DNA of 64,000 nt from Asterias rubens (lineage: Eukaryota). The stretch's first letter is position 1, and each line of letters starts with the position of its first letter. This document shows positions 34,440 through 44,800 of this stretch, piece after piece. Location of the stretch: contig NC_047062.1 in assembly GCF_902459465.1 (NCBI RefSeq), positions 15,190,001 to 15,254,000 on the forward strand. Direction: 5' to 3'. The position numbers and the translations under genes are program-made. The notes below the pieces were generated by a model. The model was not told the origin of the DNA, made no database searches, and saw nothing but the letters and a program-made list of their open reading frames with translations.

Positions 34440-36348
34440 ATGAGTAGTGGCCAACAAAGTGAATCATGGAGATTGGGAACACCAGAACTGATACAGCAGG
34501 TAGGAACAAAATGAAACAATTTCAAGTGTCAATTATTGTCAGTTTGTAGTCGAATAGGGATGTTAAGGGTCAGGCCTGGATCTTGAAGGGGCACAGCAAC
34601 TTCCCTCTGGTGAGGGGCACTTCTATGGTTGAGGATAATGTAAATTTGTATTGGAACTTTTCAAAGGCAGGGATACAAAAATTCATTTGTATCTGAATTC
34701 AGACTTTTATCAATCTGGAGGTCGGGTGGACGGTATGGTACTTTGTGGCAGTCAGTGGTACCTGTGTATGAGAGGGGTGGTTTGTTTTTTATTGAAATAA
34801 AACTAAAACAACCTGTTTGAACATAAAAATAACACACACCTAAAAAAAAAAACTAAATACAATTGTTCTTTATCACAAGAATCACCTAGTTGCGATATAA
34901 CATAACCCTCCTCGGGGGGGGGGGGGGGGGGGGGGTTCAATGAAAGAATCACCATGCTCACAGTTGTACATATACAATTGTTGCACACTGTGACGGGGTC
35001 CATGGCTTTTTGTACACACGAGGGGGAATATGGCACCCGAGGTGAGGGTGTACAAAATCCATGGACCCCCTTCACAGCGTGCAACAGTTGTTTTGTTATC
35101 CCTTGGTAACATAGTTTTCCTCTTCAAACTTGTCATCTTTAAACTTTATTTACGACGAGTATATGTAAGAAACAATTCTTCACTGTTCCCTCGAACCCGC
35201 AGCCATTTCATACTTAGTGCTGGAAATCGACCAACGCTGGGAACGATCCAGGTAATGTACACAGGTTAACAAAACTCATGTTACCTGCCGTGCCATGGTA
35301 CATGCGCTTTTTGTTGCACCTCAGGTGATTGGTTCTTGACCAACCAAACTTCACAATTTGTTTCCGAGATATAACAAGAATGTTTGTTTCACCCTATATC
35401 CTGTTAGATGGCCTTGTTGGCCTGGATGAACAAGGCTGAGGGAGGTGAAGAATTCTATCAGTTGATAACACAAGCAAGAATCTGGTATGAGATGTACCAA
35501 CGGATAAGTTGCACCGACGAGATAGATGCAGCCAAGGCAAGTCTTAATGTGTTTTTTTATTTTGTTTTGACTCGGGGGGGGGGGAACTGTGAAATTGTGA
35601 TTGCTAAGGTTGGTTGATCAATAACAGATATAAGTGAATGTGTGGGATAAAATATTTTCAGTATTTAAATTTAATTTTCCTCTACTTAAAAAAACAAAAA
35701 CTTAAGACATAAATGTCTACTATGTAGAGATTGGTTGATTTTTTTGTGGCACTTTGGAAATGCAGTATTTTAATAATAATAATAATAAGTTCAAGTTCTT
35801 ATATATCGCATTTCACAATAACCATCTCAATGTAATAAATAAATTAGTGCCATGTTCATTGGGCCAATTACATTCCTTTTAATCTTTCTCAGCTCCCTAA
35901 AAAGTTTACAACCTGGGCAACCATAGCGCTCCAAAGGCTAACACAATATCAACCTCTACCCTTGCAGGTACCCATGTATACCCCTGGGTGAAGAGAAGCA
36001 ATTTTAGTAAAGTATCTTGCTGAAGGACACAAATGTCATGAATGGGATTTGAACCCACACTCTGATGACTTAACCACCTCAACTTGAATTGGATGCTTTT
36101 AATCACTCGGCCACGACACCCTCCGGTGGGGTGTATCTGTTAAATTCCAGCAAAAAGAGATGTGATTGAAGCTATGTGATAACATGTTAGTAATGAAGTG
36201 TTTCTGTATCTTTATGTCAAACCAGGTACAAACCATAATGGCTATTGTTGACTACGTCAAGAAGAACCCACGTGCATCTCAGGATGAAATGGCCAAAGAG
36301 ATAGAGAAACATGTGCAGCTCTTTGTAGAAAAGATTGATGCTCTATAG
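34440..36348 (+). CDS. Unidentified small helical protein, 103 aa: MSSGQQSESWRLGTPELIQQ-MALLAWMNKAEGGEEFYQLITQARIWYEMYQRISCTDEIDAAK-VQTIMAIVDYVKKNPRASQDEMAKEIEKHVQLFVEKIDAL
   Basis: Three phase-0 coding exons, 34440-34499, 35408-35536 and 36226-36348, with clear acceptors (TTCAG, CTGTTAG, ACCAG) and donors (CAG|GTAGGA, AAG|GCAAGT). The joined frame is open to TAG and has protein-like composition. No family recognised with certainty. Confidence 0.8.
35880..36125 (-). mobile_element. tRNA-derived SINE family A, second copy (3'-truncated); head-only fragment at ~43800-43850
   Basis: Minus strand GGGTGTCGTGGCCGAGTG...GGGTTCAAATCC...TGTGTCCTTCAGCAAGATACTT...CACCCAGGGGTATACATGGGTACC matches 25615-25800. 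Confidence 0.8.
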
Positions 36349-36395
36349 GAATTCTGACCATCGCTGTAAATATCAACAAAGTACCACAAGAAGTC

Positions 36396-36571
36396 CAGCC
36401 GTCGATTTCACAAAACTCTTCCTGACTTAAGGTTAATCTTAGGACTTTGGACCAGTTGAGTTCTGTAAGCATAGACATTAGGATGCATTGATTGAACCCA
36501 TCCTAAGTTAGGAAGAGTTACTTGTTCTAACTCGAGATAGGACTAACCCTAGCGTTTCGTGAAATCGGCTG
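36396..36571. mobile_element. MITE family H3 (TIR ~GGTCGATTTCACAAA, TTAGGACTAG-rich interior); copies at 56010-56127, fragments at ~39575-39715 and ~7858-7930
   Basis: CAGCCGTCGATTTCACAAAAC ... GTTTCGTGAAATCGGCTG; the second copy reads GGGTGGATTTCACAAAG ... GTGTGAAATCGACCCCTG. Confidence 0.7.
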
Positions 36572-36761
36572 CAGGCCTGGAATTACATGACCTCTGTTTC
36601 CCATAGACTTTAAGATTTTCCCAATAGAAGTGCCCTTTGCAAAATGAAAATGGTCTTTCCCTCCTAGAGATGAAATTCCAGGCCTGAAAGTCTCAATTGA
36701 TATTCTTAAATAGACAGTGATGTAAAAAGTGATGAAAAATTCGCGTGTTGCCATGCAAGCT

Positions 36762-37110
36762 TTAAGGCAGTGGACACTATTGGTAATTGTCAAAAACTAG
36801 CCTTCACAGTTGGTGTATCTCAACATATGCATAAAATAACTAACCAGTGAAAATTTGAGCTCAATCGGTCATAAAAGTTGCGAGATAATAATGAAAGAAG
36901 AAAACACCCTTGTCACACGAAGTTGTGTGCGTTTAGATGGTTGATTTCGAGACCTCAATTTCTAAACCTGAGGTCTCGAAATCAAATTCGTGGAAAATTA
37001 CTTCTTTCTCGAAAACTCGCAACTTCGACGACCGTTCACAGCTTTGTTAGTTTATGCATATGAGATACACCAACTGTGAAGAGTAGTCTTTGACAATTAC
37101 CAAAGGTATC
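36762..37110. mobile_element. Rearranged K1 MITE carrying the same end at both termini
   Basis: Reads as reverse K1 up to ...TTCTCGAAAA, then switches to the forward right end CTCGCAACTTCGACGACC...GACAATTACCAAAGGT. Confidence 0.7.
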
Positions 37111-37502
37111 AATACATACTGGTACTCAATGTAAATCACGCGCCTATGCACAAGTGTTAATATTGTTCCGTTGATTGTTGTGAACATTATAACATAAATC
37201 ATGTCACCAGTAATGGAACTTTCAATTTTGTTCTGTATTACCTTAATTTTTTGAAAGCATCAACAATCATTTAGTTGGGCGTTTCAGGATAAGGGCAGTT
37301 TTCTTTTAATTTTATTTTATTTTAATTTAATAATAATGCAATATCCGAGTTTAAGCAGATTACCTGCTTACCGTATATTTTACATGTATTATATGATTGT
37401 GCCTGTTGTATTGACTTGAATATTGTGTATATAAAGCTACAACAATATAAGGTTCTCTTTCTAAATTGAGCTTGTCTGAACACAGACCGTTTTGCTGGTA
37501 TC

Positions 37503-37660
37503 TTGTCCCCCAGTGGACCCAAGTTTGGGGTCCCAGGATTCCCCCAGTGGACCCAAGTTTGGGGTCCCAGGATCTCCCCCCCCCCCTCCCCCAGTGGACC
37601 CATGTTTTGGGTGCCCCTATGGTCCACGGTGGAGTGGACCCAAGTTTGGGGCCTTCCATG
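37503..37660. repeat. GC-rich minisatellite, ~34-bp unit CCCCAGTGGACCCAAGTTTGGGGTCCCAGGATTC, ~4 degenerate copies
   Basis: GTGGACCCA(A/T)GTTT(T)GGG recurs at ~37514, 37547, 37594 and 37634. Confidence 0.85.
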
Positions 37661-38630
37661 GCGACAGAATGTGGAGTTACCTAGTCTGGTCAAATGTGGT
37701 GACTTATATGCACATTTCAGCCAGGGTTTGCAAACTCCCATGGAGTAGAGATAGTTTTTAAGGCATGCCTGAAGTTGAAACCCACGAAACAAATTGAGCC
37801 CTCAAAATTGTTAATTCCATTCGTATGGATCCATCAATTGAAATCTTAGCAGGAAGGAATAACTTTAGTTTCTGTTGGTCTTATGAAACACATTTTACAC
37901 ACAACAGAGTAGCCGATGTATAAGTCATTCGTTTTAAATAAACAGACTTGGCAAATCAGTTGCAGTTATGTCAAGCATCTGAATTTAAAGGAGACAGGGC
38001 TGCACGCACGCCTCTTCTAGGTGAAGCCTCACCCAAAATTGGTTATTATTTCAAAACTTCAATGTCTGACAAGTTTTGTACGAGGTAGTTATTTACAAAT
38101 TTAATTATATTTCATTGTTTCATTGTAAATAAACAATATAAATTTGGTACTATTTTAGTCATGTTATAAAAGCATATTCTTCAGTTTGATAATTGATCAA
38201 TTTTTGTATAATCATTAATAATTTTTTATCAGTGGAGGGAAGTGATTGTGCAGCATTGGTAAAATATGTTTTGTTTTACAATATCAACACATCAGCGAAA
38301 TTTATGCTTATGGCACCCTGTATAAGGCATGATTCTTTGGTTAGTAAGCGCGGTATTCGTTGGAAAGCAATTTCATGGAATTTAGTCCAAATGTGATGAA
38401 AAAAATGTTTAGCTGGACAATAATGTGCAAAACAAATTTACACAAGTGATAGGAACTTTATTTTGGTCAATGCCTGTCTCACCACTGACTCTTTTCAAAA
38501 CCAAGAATTTGTCTTGGATGAAATATTGTCTGCTAAAGAGTTGTCTTTGTTTGATTTTGCCCGTAAGCAAGCTCACCAATAGACTTTGATTAACATCTCT
38601 AATCTAAATTAAGTATCAATTACTACTTAA

Positions 38631-38847
38631 ACTTGTGGACAAGTCACTGTGACAGCAAAATGGCTCTCACAAGACTAATGCTCTCATGTCTACTGTTCTC
38701 ACGACTACTGCTCTCATTTAATAGTTAAATGGAAGCAGTAGTCCTGATGAGAATAGTAATATTGCGCAGAGCAGCAGTCTCCAAGAATTAGTTTTGAGAG
38801 CTGTTTCGCTCTCAATGTGACAGACATTTAATGACTTGTCCACAAGT
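38631..38847. mobile_element. ~217-bp MITE with a 16-bp TIR
   Basis: ACTTGTGGACAAGTCA ... TGACTTGTCCACAAGT, with internal (A/T)CTGCTCTC / GAGAGCAG-type inverted subrepeats. Confidence 0.7.
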
Positions 38848-41800
38848 ATATTAAATTGCTACTTGTATCTTTGTAAAAAATATATTTTTGAGTCGTTTAA
38901 AGTCTGTTGCTCTCCTGCATTTACTTATATAGACACATGTATGTGGAAATAAAATAAATATTTATTAAAAATGCAATCTTGTTTCCTGTCACTGAGTTTA
39001 ATTGAATGCAGTAGCACTCTTTCTTTCTGTATAAAGACCAAATGTTGACTAATCATTCAAGTTCTGTATCATTCACAATTGATCAATGGAACTCTTAGAC
39101 AGTCCTTTTTAACAGTATTGCGCATGCTCAGACCTACGTGCGCAATACTGAGCATGCGCGCTCAGAACTGCAAAAAAGTCCCGTTATATCTGCCGCCATT
39201 ACTAAAAAGTCTCCTAATGAAAAACAAACCCTTTGAGTAAAAGACCTGTACTGAATTAAAAATACAAAGATTTTGTTTTGCCAAATGGGAATTGGCAGGA
39301 AAAATTTTAATGCTGTATACAAAATATTTAATATTTACACATACCTTCAACATTCCTAAGATAATATTTACACAGTGGTTTGTATAAAGTATTGTTATGT
39401 CACATTTCTATAAATAATGTATACACGTTAACAGAACTTTCAAATGAGTATCCAAGCAATAGTTAACTCCAAACACAAGGGCCATAACCATTATCTGATT
39501 TGCTTCACAATTACCAAAGGGTTTCAAACACCAAAGAGCCAAATAATGTTCTATTTTGAGGTTCCAGCCATCAATTTCAACAAACTCCTCCTCACTTGGG
39601 ATTAATCTTAGGCCGAGTCTCAGTTTTTCACTGTAACATGTAAACTTTATGATTAATCCTAAGTTACGACTAGTTATTTTTCCTAACTCGAGATAGGATT
39701 AATCCTAGCATTTCAGCTGCTGATAAGCTAAAAAACTATAGTACAGCTATAGTCCATGTTACCTTTGTTCACAAAAAAGTTACTTTCAAGGACATTTCCC
39801 TGGCAGGCAAGATGCTGCACTGGTCATACAAGAACTTCTACATTTTGTGTTATTAATTTCCATTAATCCAAGGTTCTAAAAGTCACAGCTGAGGACGTTT
39901 TGAGATCTGCCCCCTTTCTTCACATTGAAAGTTGATAGAAAACCAGACTCTACGAAATGTAAGATTCTATTTCTTCATCTTTTGGGCTGATGTGTACAAA
40001 TCTCTCTGTTCAAGCTCTGTTTCGAACCACATGTTAAAATGCCATACATGCTACTCTTTCAGAGCAAACTTTAAAACGAACACAAAGTCAATCAACATAA
40101 TAACATTTCAAAGAGGGTTTTTGTTGCACAAGTCAAAAGGTCAAATTCAATAATGCTTTGACTTAATATCATCAAAATTACAGAATGAACTTAAAATTAT
40201 ATTCATTCTGGTTTTACCCATATACACTAATGTGAGTTAACACGATGCAAATTTACCATCTATCACCTCAAAATTCTCTGTAAAAAAATGTAGGCTATAT
40301 ATTTGAAACGCGATGTCATCAAACACTTTTGCATTTTGAAACAATGTTTTTTGCACTGGCGAGACAAAATATGTATGGTGTACAAGTGCTAACTTTTGAA
40401 GATTTATAATACAAATGAACTAAAGCCTGCTAATACAGCAAAATGCCATAATGCATTACGAGTGGTGTAAAACCCATTGTAACTTCAGACAGCTAATGAA
40501 AAACTTGTCTGCCACATGGACATATTCAGTGACCTATCAAAATGCAAAAACTCGATTTTAAACAAACTAATAAAAATTCCCAATTCTATTCTGACTTTAT
40601 TCCAAATCCAAACCATGGATGGACTCGCTAGCAAATTGTACTTACTACTTACCAAAACTTTATGTTAAATTAGGTCTTTAAAAAAATAAAACTGAACAAT
40701 ATTTTTCTAAAACCTTGATCCTGTGTTTGATGGATCTCAAATCGTTTATAATTTATTGTTAAAATATAATAAAGTAAAATAGACAATAAATGAAATAGGT
40801 TACATCTTGAATTTGAAATACCATCTCTTAATATGAATATGTAGCTCTCCATGGAAATAAAAGAATTTTATAATAGAACTAGAGCGAGTCAAATCGTTTG
40901 TGCATTTTTGTGCTCCATTTTGACTCCCTTAAATGGCCAACAGGATAGGCGCATGTGAGTGCACTGCACGTAGTGCAAAGGGTCTACATGTACATGTACA
41001 GATAATAAAATGAGAATAATATTGGATTCTTAAAGAGCCCACATATCCAAATACATCAAGGCCCTTTACAACATTATTATCCCTGCTCGTCAGGCATACT
41101 TGGACCATTCCTCAAACTTTCTCAACTCCCTCAGGATACACCTTGGTGAAGAGGAGCAATTAAGGTTATTGTCTTGCTCAAGGACACAGATATCACACTT
41201 CCATCATTCAGCCATTAGAATATTTCAGAGGTAAACAAATTTCAGGGCGACTCTCTGTACCAATTTTACATTTACATTTTAAAGTGAACAACAGAAAATT
41301 TACTGAGCTTGACTCCAGATTAACGTGCCAAGCTTTACCATTTAAGCCATCTATCCCTAACGTTGGTGATCACCCTATTTTATCATTATCTTTGTTCGGG
41401 GGTGCCAGTCAGAAGCCCATCAACCTGTTACTGCCATAAAGCCAGGGATCACACCCAAGTCACCTTAAAAGCATACATGTGCGAGTTTTAAAATTTTGAT
41501 TTCGTTGTTGCTGTTTGAAATACTAATGCTGTTTCATCTCTTTTATTGCATGTTCAAATGTAAAAAGGCATGGTTATAGATGTCTTAGTACTGTGTTTAA
41601 GCAGTAAATATTGCTTAAAATTGTTCTGCTAAGCAAAAGTGAGTAAGATACCAGTCAATGGGACATGTGAAATAGTATGTTGGCTGATAACCTTAGCCTA
41701 CTCTAGTAAGCAGCTCTATGAAATCGGGCCCTTGGTTACAGTCGCCAAACCTTAACACTGTTCTGTTTACTCACACAACAGTTTACCTCCAAGATGTCCT

Positions 41801-41862
41801 TGGCTTGGATACAAAATCCAAGACAAATTTAAGAAAAGCAAAATAAATGAAGATGATATGTG

Positions 41863-44800
41863 TCAATGATGTTTGAGTCCCTTTGATGATATTTCCCACT
41901 GTTGTGTTTTTTTGTCTGGTACACACGCTGTCATATAAACTTCTTTGGTGGCTGGTCTATGATCTAAACATTCGTGTAGATCCTCCAAGTATAATGTTTG
42001 TGTGTTCTGCAAAGCAAGGAAAGACAAACAAATGCAAGAACTTTATTTATAATGATGAACACTATACAAGCAATCGATGGTAGTAAGTGATCTTTGTTTT
42101 AAAAACGAACGGCAAAATAAAAAGCAACAATAAGAAAGCCTGAATCAGAGAATTGATAATGGAATATGATTATGATTTTCATCACACTCACCAAATTGTA
42201 AACCCACTGATACCTCGTAGAGTCGCACCGTCGTAACCTGACATCTGATGATGATTTATAGGCACATTGATCATGAATACGAAACTGGCCGTCTTGCGTT
42301 ACTCTAAAGAGTTGATTGCCTCCAGCACCGTGGCAGTACGACATACCGACCTTACCGCCATCTTTCTGACCCATTGAATCCACACAGACATGACCCCCGG
42401 CTACTCTTACCTAAAACACAATTCAAAAAGTTTATTTATTTCCCCAGAATACATAAAAATGAGTAGTAATTATTTTCAGATGGAATTATTCCTGATGAGT
42501 AAGCTTTAACGAATTTGAGGTTTAACTTTAACCTCAAATTTGTTATAAACAAAGACAAATTTACTTGATCGATTTGGACCTGCGACACCGGATCAAAGTG
42601 CCGGCACTCTACTAACTGATCTATCTAGCCCTAATAATGGTGGTCAATTATCTATCTAGCCCTAATAATGGCGGTCAATTTCTTTGACCGGGATGCTAAT
42701 CAGAAACCGTTCAACCTGTTACCCATAAACACTGCAGTTACAAGTTAAATGGCTTCTGACTAGCCACACTGACACATTTACAAAATAGGGTGACTGCCAA
42801 CACTAGGGCCTGATAGCTCTATATTAATTCACGTTAATTCGGAGATCACAGGCTCAATTCTCATACTAGGTTAATTTGTCTTTGTGCGACGGCAACTGAA
42901 TTTAAAAACGCTTCATGGAGTATCAGCACTCACCTCGCCCCATTGTATATTAGCTGCAGGTAGAGGAAACTTCTCCACAATATCTGGCGCAATCTCACTC
43001 ATATACCAAGAGAACGATCGACACTTCTTCTGACGACGGAACTCAAGCTGTTTGTCTATATTTCCTGCAGAGACCAGCAGGGCCTCTGGCTTACTGCGGT
43101 AGAAATACTCTTTGTACTCGTCGAACCAGACTTCCACCACACGCTTCAGATTCTAGAAAGATAACAGAGATGTTTCAATTGGTGACCTAGTTGAGACTGG
43201 ATGCCCAGAAAGAATAGAAATAGTTGTATTGAATTTTATTCCCCCAAAACCGGAACAAACCCCAGTTACAACAAAAACAATATGTAAACTTATAACACAA
43301 CAAAGAAGGAGCGTTTAAGAACAAATATTAAGTTATGCTTGAGTTTCCTAATATAGTAATAACAAGGACATTTGTAAAGCGCCTAATGCGCATAAGCACA
43401 TTAAGAGAACAATAAAGTATACAATGAGTGAAAGATACAATTACAAATAAGCAGATTACAAATAAGCAGCTTCAAACAAATGAGTTCTTAACAGAGACTT
43501 AAAACAGTGTAAAGAACTATAACGAGAATTTGAGGATGGGGCATGAGACCTACATGTAGACAAGAGCAAAAGGTTTGGGTGCTGCTTACTGTAAGCCAAA
43601 ATCAGTGCTTATTACACTATTGGTATTTACTCAAAATAATTGTTAGCATAAACATGAGCAATGGAGAGCTGTTGATAGTATAAATCATTTTGAGACATGG
43701 CTCCCTCTGAAGTAACGTACTAAGCCTGTGCAATACTACACTACCGGTACACTACCTGATTTACACTACAGTAAGTGATATCAGAATGTGTGTTGTGCAT
43801 AAGGTGGCATGTTGTGGCCAAGCGATCAAGCGCACTGGGCTCGATCATCCCTGGGAACGAGGTTGTTGAAACCCTTCTACTTTTGGAGCTCTATGAATTC
43901 ATTAATCACAAAGGAAAATCATTCATAACTAAAGTAGGCCTACATAGTTTGACATCTTAAAAAAAAGACCATTTCCATTCACACAACAATAATTAATCAT
44001 AAATAACTGACTTAAATAGTGAGAAGTGTTGGTGATGTTATCAAATGTAAGATTTGATAAAACAAACGTGTTAAGAGTAAAAGAGTAAACAAGACAAATA
44101 AATGTCAAAATTATTTCAAGCTAGTTGTGTCAAGTTAAATTATCAAACAAAGGAAAAAGTGAGGTTTAAATAAAGACATTTATGCTGCGCAGTTTAACCG
44201 GGAATCAAATACACAGAATTAGCAATATAAACACTCAGCCAATCAACACATGAAGAAGAAAAGAAAACAGCAAACAAATTAATATCCATCAAACTTACAT
44301 GAGTGTTCAGAATTGTTAGCAACTAGTCTAATAATCCAACGTAAACATTTGTGAGAGTTAATCACAAAAAAAACGTCACTTGAATGGGGGATGATAAGCT
44401 ACTCTGACATTTTTGTTTACAACTTCTGAACAAACTAGAATTAATAAAAAAACACTATGTGTATGTGGCTTCATCAGACTGACCAGGTATTATCCGTTCT
44501 GCCCATGCCCAGAAATACTAAGAAGAATTAACCCGGTGAGACTTCCATCTAGTGTCTTCAGTTCGTCAGTTTAACAATGGATCCAACCAACAATCCCGGC
44601 CTTAAATGGTTGGAATTTAGAACACTCGGCAGTAAGAACACACCCCTCTCCCAAATTAGTCAAAAATTCAATCCATGCTGACAACCAAGACCAACATGAT
44701 TGGGATATTTGAAAACATACCCCTCCCTGTCCCCCACACCCCGGGCAATATTGACAATGTGAGAGAAGGGACAGACATACTCCACAATGAGAGAGCCAAC

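Noticed and set aside
1200-34935. Numerous long poly-G/C runs (e.g. 1200, 3493, 4832, 12348, 18530, 29082, 34914) as G-quadruplex elements
   Set aside because: Scattered without positional pattern, several sit inside repeats, and homopolymer lengths are unreliable.
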